A DNA stretch of 63,907 bases, the filler included, from Octopus bimaculoides (Eukaryota), in the NCBI RefSeq assembly GCF_001194135.2. It is 5 parts of 5 records of this genome, joined end to end, with 100 filler letters (N's around TTAATTAATTAA, not from the genome) between each part and the next. Parts side by side here need not be neighbours in the genome. Positions count along the whole stretch, not along the records: positions 1 to 14,261 come from NC_069006.1; positions 14,362 to 40,713 come from NC_068988.1; 3 more parts are not named here. One strand, written 5' to 3'. Under the pieces are notes generated by a model. That model worked only from the letters and a program-made list of their open reading frames with translations. It was not told the origin of the DNA and ran no database searches. A program made the translations under genes and the position numbers. This document shows positions 10,758 to 22,379 of this stretch, one piece after another (position 1 is the first letter of the stretch; every line of letters begins with the position of its first letter).

Positions 10758-11420
10758 ATTTGATAGAATAATCTGAATGGTAAAGAGTTAAACTAGCCAT
10801 ATCCAGCTCAAATATTCTACCTGTGTTGGATTTAAACTGACCAGATCTGGCCTCTCACACCTACTCTACAATGTCACTCTAAAATAAATAATCCCAAAAC
10901 TTTCTGATAATACATGATTAATTCAAAACAATGTGAAAAAAATAAGCATAGGCGTAGGAGTGGCTGTGTGGTAAGTAGCTTGCTTACGAATCACATGGTT
11001 CCGGGTTCAGTCCCACTGCGTGGCACCTTGGGCAAGTGTCTTCTACTATAGCCTCGGGCCGACCAAAGCCTTGTGAGTGGATTTGGTAGACGGAAACTGA
11101 AAGAAGTCGTATATATATGTATATGTATATATGTGTGTGTGTGTTTGTGTGTCTGTGTTTGTCTCCCCATCCTGGGGTCGATTTGCTCGACTAAAGGCAG
11201 TGCTCCAGCATGGCCACAGTCAAATGACCTAAACAAGTAAAAGAGTATATATTAGCCAGAATAATCTGAATTCTAAAAGGTTAAAGCAGCCATACCCTGC
11301 CCAAATATTCGACCCCACAATGTCATTCGAAAATTAATAGTCACGACATTAATTTGAGAGAGTAATTTGAATTCTAGAGGGTTAAACCAACCACATCTAT
11401 TCCAAATATTCACCCTCATC
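10758..11420 (+). mobile_element. Head-to-tail array of a short TTAA-ended (piggyBac-type MITE-like) repeat
   Basis: Junction AGAATAATCTGAAT..TAAAG(A/G)GTTAAAC..GCCAT..CAAATATTC recurs with TTAA at 10788, 11281 and 11382. Confidence 0.5.
10951..11246 (+). mobile_element. SINE family 1 with internal deletion, nested in the MITE-like array
   Basis: GGCGTAGGAGTGGCTGTGTGGTAAGTAGC head; body joins directly to the CCTGGGGTCGATTTG tail. Confidence 0.85.
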
Positions 11421-11689
11421 ATCGCATTACTCTCTCCTTTGCTAAGCTTGCATGGGTAAGAAAGAATTTACTGAAACAAATTTTCTGCAGCCGGGAACCC
11501 TTCCAGTCACAAACATTCACCTGTTACCAGACACAGGAATATTGCCCCATGGCCAGACATGTTTGCGCAGAATATTGGAAATGAACGACGCTGTCTATAT
11601 GATAGTGATGCAATTAACATATTATACCAACATGAGGGACACACACACACGTACACACACGTACACACACACACTATTGGCCCTGCATT

Positions 11690-11986
11690 GGTCACGAAAA
11701 GTGCTTTAGCTGGTTTTATCAACAGAATAGCTTGCACGTGGAAATTAACGTGCAAGTGGCCGAGCACTCCACAGACACACCTACCCTTAACATAGTTCTC
11801 AGCAAGATTTAATGACACGCGGAAGGTGACAAGGCTGGCCCATCATAATACAGGTGCTACACACTTTTGCTATCTGAGTGGATTGGAGCAACATGAAATA
11901 AAGTGCCTTGCTTAAGGAAACAATGTGCCATCAGGAATTGAACTCACAACTTCACGATCATGAACCAAATACCCTAACCACTAAGC

Positions 11987-11990
<4 letters not shown>
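11690..11990 (-). mobile_element. tRNA-derived SINE family 3 (V/CORE-like TTGAGCAAGACAC body)
   Basis: Minus head GGCTTAGTGGTTAGGGTA...TGAGTTCAATTCC, then ..AAGCAAGGCACTTTATTTCATGTTGCTCCA. Confidence 0.7.
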
Positions 11991-12027
<37 letters not shown>

Positions 12028-12028
<1 letters not shown>

Positions 12029-12282
12029 AAGGTAAGGTAAAGTTACCTTCTTGAGTCACACCAACTCATAAGGGCCGGCGTCCCAATTTCCATGGTGTAT
12101 AAATTTCCCACATGGAGGGGACACCAGTCCATTACAAAATTACCCGTTTTTGCCAGCTGAGTGGACTTGAGCAACATGAAATGAAGTGTCTTGCTCAAGG
12201 ACACAACACGTCAACCAGTCAAGGAATTGAAACCGCAATCTTATAATCATGAATCCAACACCCTAACCACTAATCCACCACA
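12028..12282 (-). mobile_element. SINE family 3 head with a different tail (ends ..AAGGTAACTTTACCTTACCTT)
   Basis: Same head and body as 11880-11990; the 3' part is unrelated. Confidence 0.65.
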
Positions 12283-12311
12283 CACACACATACATTATAT
12301 AGGCATATATA

Positions 12312-12633
12312 GTACTGCCTGACTGGCCTTCGTAGGATTTTCAAGCGAGATCATTGCCAGTGCCCCTGGACTGGCTCCTGTGCAGGTGGCACATAAAATA
12401 CACCATTTTGAGCGTGGCCGTTGCCAGTACCGCCTGACTGGCCTTCGTGTAGGTGACACGTAAAAGCACCCACTACACTCTCTGAGTGGTTGGCGTTAGG
12501 AAGGGTATCCAGCTGTAGAAACTCTGCCAAATCAGATTGGAGCCTGGTGTAGCCTTCAAGTTCCACCAGTCCTTAGTCAAATCGTCCAACCCATACTAGC
12601 ATGGAAAGCAGACGTTAAACGATGATGATGATG
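12312..12633 (+). mobile_element. RTE 3'UTR with subrepeats and (GAT)n tail
   Basis: GCCAGT..ACTGGC stem units plus the shared tail. Confidence 0.85.
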
Positions 12634-12724
12634 ATATATGGTAAATGGAAGATGGAATATACGAGAATTTATTATTATTAATCACAACAATCATTTCAAC
12701 ACATCTAGCATTGATCCCTCACAG

Positions 12725-12781
12725 GTGGGACACTCAACACCTGGTTCAGGAGGATCTGGTGGTGCAGATGTGTTTCAGCAG
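12725..12781 (+). CDS. Candidate 57-nt exon (VGHSTPGSGGSGGADVFQQ in phase 0), unidentified
   Basis: CCCTCACAG| ... CAG|GTGATA, GC-richer than flanks, all three frames open; no homology recognised. Confidence 0.2.
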
Positions 12782-13329
12782 GTGATAAATAGACATAACT
12801 CATTATATAACAGTTCCACTTTATAAAAGTTCTCATTTCGGAGAAAGAAAAGCAGTAAAACAAAGGAAATATCAAACATAAAATCACAGAGGCAAAAAGG
12901 CAATGTATAAAAAAAGCAATGTTTCAGCTCACGAGCTGTGGGCATACTGGGGGAGCTGTGGGCATACTGGGGCACAGCCATTTGGTGTTGCTATATAATT
13001 TTACTTCACAAATGCTTTTTAGGAATTGACATTTGGTACATGAGGGAATTTGATGCCTTTGCCCTCATCTGCTGCCACCCCCTACTCTTATGTGTCATTT
13101 AAAGGACACATAAGAGATAAAATTTATTTTATAGCTACTATAAAAGAATTGATACATAGGATTTACATTGTTTATAATGATGGACCCATCAAGGTTTAAG
13201 AAACTGATAAAATGAATGATTGGAATTAACATAGAATATAATGGTGAACTGAACTATTAATAGAGACCATGATAATTATGTACTAATTTAATTAGGTTGC
13301 ACTATCTTAAATTATCAGGAACTTGTGTT

Positions 13330-13600
13330 AACTAACATGGGCTAAGTACAAAATAATAATGGAACAATTAGATTTATTTAAGTCACCCATAAATAACAAT
13401 GTTAATACTACAATAACAATGGAATAACGTGAATCCTTTAGGGTCAGGCATCCAATTCGTTTAAGTTCAGTAAGATACAAACTAAACTAACAGCAATAGC
13501 AAATGTGATATGGAAAAAATTTAAGTAAAACCAGATACCATCCATGGATGAAGTTGAAATTTTAGTTTTCACAGGAAGATTAAGCATTAAGGTGAGAGAT
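13330..13600 (+). mobile_element. Very degenerate PLE GIY-YIG remnant
   Basis: SNSFKFSKIQTKLTAIANVIWKKFK resembles the H..SF....T.LS..IW.LK block of PLEs at 57400 and 61800; next to a pLTR-like inverted repeat. Confidence 0.35.
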
Positions 13601-13905
13601 CAAAAATATGCTATAAAAGTTTAATTTCAATTTAAATATGCACTAATTATAGCCAAAGATATATACATACATATATATATACATATATACATACATACAT
13701 ATATACATACATACATATATACATATATACATACATACATATATATATATATATATTTGTTTTGCAANNNNNNNNNNCATACATATATATATATATATAT
13801 TTGTTTTGCAAGATTTTTGATGTGAAATCGTGTATTGAAACAGATGTTGTTGTACTTGGGGATGGTCATATTGCCAGTTTAGCCATACATATATATACAT
13901 AGACA

Positions 13906-14183
13906 TATATAGAACATTTATAAATAGGTCTTACAGCTGTTTGCAGCTGTTTATTATATTCCTACATCGGAGACGGTGTGAGAGGGTGGTTAAGCAATAG
14001 TTAGTTTAGATAAGATAGGAAATAAAGAGTGAATGTAGGGATATTGTATTTGTAAATCCATTGTTTAGGCAGAATGGTCTCACACCATCTGCTTAACCAT
14101 CCTCTCACACCATCTCTGATGAAGGGATATAATAAATATCCTGGAAACAGCTGTAAGACATTGTATTTATAAATGTTCTATAT
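13906..14183. repeat. Inverted repeat (~90-bp arms) of a PLE pLTR hammerhead segment
   Basis: 13906-13996 (TATAGAACATTTATAAATA..TCTTACAGCTGTTT..GTGTGAGAGG..GGTTAAGCA) versus 14091-14183 reverse complement. Confidence 0.8.
14113..14158 (+). ncRNA. Minimal type I hammerhead ribozyme motif
   Basis: TCT-CTGATGA-(A)GGGATAT AATAA ATATCCT(G)-GAAA-CAGCTG-TA-AGA; core intact, 7-bp stem II, palindromic loop III, 3-bp stem I. Confidence 0.65.
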
Positions 14184-14305
14184 TATACACAGCCTTAGTC
14201 TTTTATCTCATTACGAAAAGTAAATCTCTATATACACACGCTGATATATGACCTACGTTGGNNNNNNNNNNNNNNNNNNNNNNNNNNNNNNNNNNNNNNN
14301 NNNNN

Positions 14306-14317
14306 TTAATTAATTAA
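14306..14317. other. Scaffolding spacer TTAATTAATTAA inside a 100-nt gap (also 40758, 55459, 62405)
   Basis: Identical 12-mer flanked by N runs (44 N each side at this site) at four sites; stop codons in all six frames. Confidence 0.95.
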
Positions 14318-14361
14318 NNNNNNNNNNNNNNNNNNNNNNNNNNNNNNNNNNNNNNNNNNNN

Positions 14362-14406
<45 letters not shown>

Positions 14407-14789
14407 TTGACGGGAGATTTGGCTGTTATCTCGATGATGGTCATCTGTCCTTGAGGAACCTAGAACAGGGTTAAATCGCATGATCTGGACGTTCTGGCAG
14501 CCATAGTAGGCGATTCCCTTCAGTCAACAATATAATTATGTGTTCATCGATGTACCTCGAGTCCATATGAATGATCCCCTCAAGCTACATACAGCAGTAT
14601 TCTGAGTTCTCACACAACCTCCACTTTAAGGTAGAGATAAAAATTACCTTTTGATATACACATATACATCTCCGAGAGTAGGCACATAAATTCGAAACAA
14701 GGCAGAAAAAATAGTACTCGAATAGAAGAGGTAGAGTAATATGCTTTATTAAAAAGCAGCAAAAAATATCACCTTGCTGTACTCTTTCA

Positions 14790-14945
14790 CTACAACTTTC
14801 ACTCTTTCTTTCTGTTTCTGTTGTACCTGTATTTCAAAGGACCAGCCTTGTCACACGCTGAATCTCCCTGAGAATTACATTAAATGTACACGTGTCTGTG
14901 GAATGCTCAGCCACTTGGACGTTAATTTCGCAACGGATGGAGTGC
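14790..14945 (+). mobile_element. SINE family 3, 3' part
   Basis: CCAGCCTTGTCAC...GTGTCTGTGGAATGCTCAGCCACTTG.ACGTTAATTTC, reverse-homologous to 11730-11840. Confidence 0.65.
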
Positions 14946-14949
14946 CACG

Positions 14950-14980
<31 letters not shown>

Positions 14981-16723
14981 TGTATGTATGCATGTATGTA
15001 TGTATGTATGTTTGCATGTATGTATGTATGTATGTATGTATATGTATATATATATATATATATANNNNNNNNNNNNNNNNNNNNNNNNNNNNNNNNNNNN
15101 NNNNNNNNNNNNNNNNNNNNNNNNNNNNNNNNNNNNNNNNNNNNNNNNNNNNNNNNNNNNNNNNNNNNNNNNNNNNNNNNNNNNNNNNNNNNNNNNNNNN
15201 NNNNNNNNNNNNNNNNNNNNNNNNNNATATATATAACGCATTTATGTAATAAATATACACGCATATGCATATGTTTGTATGTATTAACAGTAGCACACAT
15301 GCTCACACTCATCCATCACAAATGGATCCGTTTTATTTGGCGATAACTTATTTCTTGAGCACATTATGTACAAAAAGAAATAGGTATGATATATTCTTTA
15401 GGTATCGGAAATTCGTCTTCTATTTTACTGAAGATAATTTGTATTCTAAAATAAGAGCTTGACTGGTAAAATAGGCAATAGTTTTAAGTCTATTTGCGAT
15501 ACATTTTATTTGCAGTCAGATGTATGCAATCATGGGAGGAGGAAAAAGATATCGAACTATAAGTATGAATATATGGGCTTGCGTCTATGTAACTATGTCA
15601 TCAACGAAGATAATGCGTCTTTAATTGCTTCCTAAATATACTGACGTAAAGCGTTTCGCTACTCCTCTAGATAATACGTACAGCAGCATTGTATTATCAC
15701 GAAAATGCAAGTGAAACAAAAAATCATGATTACATCCTCGAAAGTAACTAAAGAAACAGTTTCGTCAAATAGTTTAAAGAAAGCGATAATTTCCTATAAT
15801 TTGCAGTTGAATGAAAATACTTTAAAGAAAAAGACATTACATTTATATATAGCTCATCTTCTCTTTTTTTTTATTGTATTAATGTTATTAAATACAATCC
15901 CAAACAAATGCAATGCTCAAACACAAAGTTGAGTGAATATCGATCCGTTAAGATGGGCTGTGACTTAGATTCACTACATAGCAATACAACCAACCTTGTA
16001 TTGATTTAGTTGCGGTGTCAGATTGTTCAGCGTCTTACTATGCAATAATCCTATGATCCTGATTTGCAGAGTTATGGCAAACAGAGTTAAGAATGAAGAT
16101 TAAATTTTCCTATTGAACATCAGTAGGCTCTTCGTTCAGTTTGCAGCAATGGTAGCAACGCTAATTAGGGAAAACCGCTAAATGCATGTGTGTATGTATT
16201 TATGTATGTCATACTGAAATTGTTACTACTGTTGTTTAACGTCATTTAATAGGTCACTGCCCTGTCTTTCTGTTTATATCAGCAGCTACATTAGTCAATA
16301 TGTCCTTCCTTGTTAAAACATTTGTGAGAAATGTGAGGTATACATAGCTGCTGAGCGACCACATAGCGGATCATTTTTTGGCTCAATATGTAGTTATGTC
16401 TAGTACATGAGAAATGTTGGTAGACACGCAAGTGCACAAATTCTAGGCCGTTTGTTTCAATTATTATACCATACCAGCGCTATTATACGATCTGCTGAAG
16501 TATCTGTTCTATGTTCTGCCAGTAATGTATCATAGAAGTACATGTTATTGAACGTATTTTTAATACGGGCAGATTTGTTATATATAGTTAGATACTATAT
16601 CAACACTATTTCATTTTGCGTATGGATATATCATAACATTTGTATGAAATACATTGACATCATTATATGGGAAGCTATGATATATGTAAAACTTCCTAAT
16701 TAGCAAACATTTATTTCCTGCAG

Positions 16724-16797
16724 GTGGCGGGTCAGAAGAAATAATAGGTGATTACATTCTCCAACTTGTGTCGAATAAATATGATATAATTGTGCAG
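16724..16797 (+). CDS. Candidate 74-nt exon (GSEEIIGDYILQLVSNKYDIIVQ), unidentified
   Basis: CTAAT branch-like motif, TTTATTTCCTGCAG| acceptor, open frame, weak donor CAG|GTGTTA. Confidence 0.22.
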
Positions 16798-17160
16798 GTG
16801 TTAGTATTAGTTATAATAGGTTTGAATTACAAAGAAGAAAACGTCAAGTGTATGAGACACTAGTAGCATCTACTCATTAATCTTATAATACTTACGTAAA
16901 GTTTCATACAATATTTCAAACTAGTATTCGAATTAAAGATTCATATCAGTCTAATTATAACAGTTTAATTACAACGCCAAAGTGAAATTATAAGCAGATT
17001 ACTCTAAGCCATTTTAGCCTTATACATACCATTGTAGATCTTGGATATTATTTACCCCAGAACGGGTTATTGTCAACTAACAGGCCCAATTTGTGTGATA
17101 CATACATATAAAAGGCTATTAAATTCATTTTCGGCGGGAAATCAAATTATTGTGGTCATT

Positions 17161-19775
17161 TAACTGTTTTCGGGCGGAATTTGTAATTACAGGCCTACAA
17201 ATGTAGACATTGGGACAATAAAGTTCTCAAAATTTTGAATAATTTCTCATAGTTCGGAGACATTGTAACTTATTTATTTTTAAAAAATTTAATGGATTTG
17301 CGTTGCATCCTACTGTTTACTAATGTGTTGCAGTTAGGGAAAATGCAAATACAATGATTTCAAAGAATTATTAGGGTAGGTTTATGTTGTATTTCATAAA
17401 CACTTAGCAGTTTTTCACTTTCGTTTACTTGATTATGAAAATAGACGACTAGAGAGAACAAAAATTGTATTTTACATGTTATCATTTTGACCAAATTTTA
17501 TGCACCACCAGCAATTGTTAAATCAAATTTATATATATACAGGTCAAATTCTCCAGATTTTGTTTCTGCAAAATAGTGAGAAACTCTGTCGAAGTCGTAA
17601 CTGGATTATAGGTAAGTTGTCTACAGTTTGTATTAGTCTTAATATTTTCATCATTGTTGTCAAAAACTCAAGATAATATGAAAACGTTTGTACATCTAGA
17701 ATCCAGACAATTGTTAAACGCGTTTGATTAATATCTCTTTCAAGAGATGAAATGGATGTGAAAACATTTTATAGATCAAAACCAATCCATCATCGAATCT
17801 TGATTGAATGCATTTGAAAGAGTAAATTCCGACAACTGATATTTTAAGATAGAATCTTCCACTGGTGGTGCAGATAGTGATGTAGAAGAAGTTGATTACA
17901 ATTTTATGGTGCATAATGGTCTTCCACTTAAGGTAGCTTGCGAATAAGAAGTCACTGAATACTATGCAAAAGATTTCGAAAATTCTGAGAACGACTCCAT
18001 TGATAACGAAACGAACCTGTATTTTAGCAAAATCACGGGAAAAAAAACATAGTGAAAACCTTCAACAGAAAATTGCCAAAAAACATCACTTCAGCTTCAA
18101 GTGCAAAAGTTACATTGGATTAGCTTGAGTGGCTAATATGTCCGAGCGGCTAATTTCTTTGAATGGATAATGTCTGAGTGGTTTAATACGTCTGAGTTGG
18201 TAGTTCGTATGATGGTGTTTGATGAGCTTATAAACCTTTTGGTCAAGTAGGATTGCTGTTACTGCCTGACTACAACTTTCGTACAAATGAGTATGAAAAT
18301 TCTCCTGATGATAATTTCAATCCGTTTTTGCAGAAACAATGAACTGTAAGAGGCTCCAAGAAATAAAGTCACTTTTGCATGCTGCGGATAATTTTTATGA
18401 TGGCGCAAGAATGGAAAATGTGAAACATTTATATGATAATTTAAACAAAAGATTTCAAATGTTTGGCGTAGTGCATGAGAACTCAAATGCTGGTGAAAGT
18501 ATGTTACCATAATTTGGAAGACACTCGCGTAAGGAGTGGAAGTGCGTGGTTTAGTGGTTAGAGTGGTTTCAATTCATGGGCGGATGTTGCGCTGTACTCT
18601 TGAGAAAAAATATTTGCTTCGCCTTACTCTTGTCCACTCAGCTGGCAAAAATAAATATTCCATTGACAGACCGGTGTCCTGTCCATTTTGTGGGGAATAT
18701 ATAGGCAACAGAAAACGCAAAATAACTTCATCATTCTATATGAGTCCAGAAGGAAATTTGTTCATTTTAATACATGTTAGCAGTTGATTTATGGGAATGT
18801 TTTCTCTTCGGAGACAAGCCTTCATTCATTACAAGAAGTATTAGTTTGCCCTATTATGTTTCAATTTAACCCGGAGCTGAGAGAAATGACACAATGTGAC
18901 TCTTTCTTCCGGTATTGTAAAAGCAACTGGAGCAATATGCATTGAGCCAAGTCAATACCATTTACGTTTTGATAACTTATTTAGTTTATATGAATTGATG
19001 CTTGATGTGAAGAAGCTCGGATTTAGAGCTAACGAGATTATTCGTACGAATCGTGTTTCTGGTTGTCATTTGCAAGATGCCATAGGACAAAGAATCACAG
19101 TATCAGTTGACTACTACTGTGCTACTTGGATTGAAATAGTTCAGTGGAATGCTAATTCAGTTGTTAACTTTGACAGAAACACAGTAGGCTCTTTCCGTTG
19201 GTGGAGGCAAAACGTTGTGTAACTGGAAAAGATTGTGTAAATGCACCACAGCTTGCTGTTATGAAGGTCTAAAACTAGAATATGAGCGGCGTAACCATCG
19301 TAGACCAAGCCCTATCTGACTATTATGCAAGAATACAAGGCAAGAAGTGGTACTGGAATCTCCTTACAAGTGGAATAAACCTTGCTATTGTGTACCGCAG
19401 GCGATTTTGCAAATTAGTTTATGGATCCAACATCGATTAAAAGAATATTCCTTACAACCTTGCCAATATCATGGTCACACGTTCCATCACTTCTATTCCA
19501 TCAGCTTCTAGACTTGCCCCTTTATGCAAAGTCCCAGATGTAATGTGTTGTTTGAAAAAGAGTTGTCGATGCATGGGTATAGTTTTTATCTAAATAAATA
19601 AATAAATAAATAAACAATGCACGTGCAAATATGTACAAAAGTATTTCAGCTGCTCCAGGAACCAAACGCACGAAAATATATTCATTTGCTGTAAAGATAT
19701 TTTATATGCATGACCCCGCACAATCCCAGTATCCACACATGTAGACCCCTCGAGCAAACAAGGATCTATTAGCTT
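17161..19775 (+). mobile_element. piggyBac transposon remnant (PGBD2/3-like transposase pseudogene)
   Basis: VFAETMNCKRLQEIKSLLHAADN..KHLYDNLNKRFQMFG..ESMLP*FGRHSRK (18300-18535); YHLRFDNLFSLYELM..GFRANEIIRTNR..QWNANSVV (18896-19222); MSGVTIVDQALSDYYARIQGKKWY; inverted terminal-like motifs 17192-17216 and 19723-19747 (18/25). Confidence 0.85.
18538..18720 (+). mobile_element. Degenerate family 3-like SINE inserted into the piggyBac ORF
   Basis: GGAAGTGCGTGGTTTAGTGGTTAGAG head and CTTGAGAAAAAA..CTCTTGTCCACTCAGCTGGCAAAAAT body interrupt the ORF right after FGRHSRKE. Confidence 0.6.
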
Positions 19776-20062
19776 AATGAAGTTGAAATTTCACCAATGT
19801 TTAAGTTTGATATAAACAAACTTGGGTTCATAATCTCATAGGTATTGACAGATTCATTCGGCCCTTATGCTAATAAGGGTTAATTTTGTTTCTTTGCTGC
19901 TAGCCAATTCAAAGCTCATACGTTCCTGAATAGCTTTTATCACCATTATTATTAAAGCACGGCCTGTATCGTTCTGGAATTTGAGGCACTACTAATCAAA
20001 TCAGTACGGAAACACATCATTCATATCTGAGACAGCTACCAGAATATATACCATTGATAGTA

Positions 20063-20122
<60 letters not shown>

Positions 20123-21249
20123 TGTGTGTGTGTGCGTGTGTGTGTGTGTGTGCGCGCGCGTTCGTGTATGTGTGCGTGCGTGCGTGTGTGCGTGTGAACG
20201 TATTTATGTATGTACAATTAATAGAAGTCCTTTATTAAACTAACTTCTGAATATACAAGACAAGTGTCAAAACCGATAAACTAACATCTGCTTATGTTAT
20301 TATGAGCGTATTGTAGACGTGAATATTAATCTTAGCAAATTCATAAATATATCATATTTGTTAAGATAGTGGGCGTGTCTCTGTCCCTGGGTGTATAATA
20401 AATCAAGTATAATATTATGTTCACAATATTACGTCATCTAATAGGAGTAAGAATTGAAAGATAGTGAAATATCGTTTAGATTAATTTGAAAAGAAACGCT
20501 GTAAAGAATAACACTAAACTGTTCCACAAGTTGCTACTAAAATACTAGACAATGGTTATTCAGCAACGTTCGGTACGATACAGAGTATAAACAACATTAA
20601 AGAAAAATATCGTTATAGGAATGTGCAAGACTGCGACGTGCTTGTTAAAATTATCCCACGTCGACGGCAGAACCCATACTGCAATCCATCAAGCAGTCCT
20701 TAGGGAGGCGACTGAACATAGAGATGGTGGACTCCGTTCCTTCTCTGAGAAAAATTTGTCCTCAAATTGTTCCAAAATCAGCATCGCAGAATGCACACTT
20801 TTCAATTGCCCCACCAGCACCTGAAAAATGTGCTCAAAGGCCTACATTATATATGAAATACTTTGTGGGGCATCCTACACCTAGAACACTAACAGAAAAC
20901 TGTGCATCTGCATGAAAGACACTGTGTATGCTAATTTCAGTCCATATAATTCTGAAAATGTACAGAGAGCAAAAGGGCCACAGAACTTTAACACAAGCAA
21001 TTTCCTAATCAAGAAGGGTATGATAACATTGGGAAACAATTTTGAACACGATTTCTTCTGAGTTTGATTTTTCAGTTGATTTAGAATAAAGCGACTTACT
21101 GATTTCAAAACTACACTCAGTTGTCTTCTATCACGTCAAGTTTTTGTCTTCAGCTTACTCTCTGCATAAGTGCAACTGTATTGTTTGTCATAAGTAATAG
21201 AACTGGTCAGCAGATTGCTTTTATCATTTGATAAGGAATAAGAAGTTTT

Positions 21250-21550
21250 CAGATCTATCAGATCTAGCGACTTTAGATTGAGCTTTGAAAAGCATGGCAG
21301 CAAATAATCAGCTTCAAACATCCCTCCTAAAATAAGTCTTGGATATTGGTGGAGGCTGGAAGCTGATTAGGTTGTAACATGCATGAAATTACATGACAGT
21401 GACCAAGATATGGGAATGACAAGCACAGAGGTGCAGAGGATTTCAGGTCAGGAGACCATATTTGTATAGCGGAGGCGGGTTGGGAAAGCTTTGAAATGAG
21501 TAAACTGTTGGTTCGAGGTATGGAAGGATTCTGTTGTGGGACCTTAGGGC
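21250..21550 (-). mobile_element. Possible CR1/L2-type LINE 3' remnant
   Basis: Weak ..IPRTN.. and ..NQLPAS..FQS motifs reminiscent of the WNxLP block. Confidence 0.3.
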
Positions 21551-21660
21551 TAAGTTTACACCCCGTTCTTTCTTCTTATGAAATATTTGTATGAATGTAT
21601 ATGAATGCATGCTGTATTTTTATGAATGTATGGTGTATTTCTATGAATACATACTATTTT

Positions 21661-22058
21661 ACTCTTTTATTTGTTTCAGTCATTTGACTGCGGCCATGCT
21701 GGAGCACCGCCTTTAGTCGAGCAAATCGACCCCAGGACTTCTTCTTTGGAAGCCTAGTACTTATTCTATCGGTATCTTTTGCCGAACCGCTAAGTTACGG
21801 GAACGTAAACACACCAGCATCGGTTGTCAAGCGATGTTGGGGGGACAAACACAGACACACAAACCCACACACTTATATATATATATACATATATACGATG
21901 GGCTTCTTTCAGTTTCCATCTACCAAATCCACTCACAAGGCTTTGGTCGGCCCGAGGCTATAGTAGAAGACACTTGCCCAAGGTGCCACGCAGTGGGACT
22001 GAACCCAGAACCATGTGGTTGGTAAGCAAACTACTTACCACACACCCACTCATGCGCC
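21661..22058 (-). mobile_element. SINE family 1, full length
   Basis: Reverse complement of 10163-10590. Confidence 0.9.
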
Positions 22059-22379
22059 TATACATGTGTATGTATATACATTTTTGGGTGCACATCCATA
22101 TATGTTTATGTGCAATCTACACATTTATCTGGGGTAATAGTTACAAACCCCTGTGGCCACTCTATATAGGTGATTGCAATCGTATTCTACAAATGATATA
22201 TAAACGTCTGTGCACAAGGGGGTGGTAGACCGTATGTAAGTACTTTTTCTCAGTTTGTGACTGCTCAGCTTATTTTTTATTCCCATACTACCTGTCTTTC
22301 GGATCATGTCAGCTTCAACTCTATCTGTTTCAGTTTCACCATTCCCATTCAACGAGCAAACATCAGCGCATTTCTGAAA

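Noticed and set aside
13750-13812. Duplicated TATTTGTTTTGCAA either side of a 10-N gap
   Set aside because: Unmerged contig overlap.
14262-14361. TTAATTAATTAA conserved four times between N runs
   Set aside because: Fixed 44N+12+44N layout with stops in all frames marks an assembler spacer, not biology.
15705-15932. 75-aa ORF with a hydrophobic, signal-peptide-like C-terminus
   Set aside because: Hydrophobicity comes from a T-rich tract; the only phase-compatible donor (GTTGAG) is poor and there is no homology.
20380-20880. Possible Tc1-like remnant (TTTGTGGGGCATCC end, weak HTH-like peptide)
   Set aside because: No matching left TIR and no catalytic motifs found.
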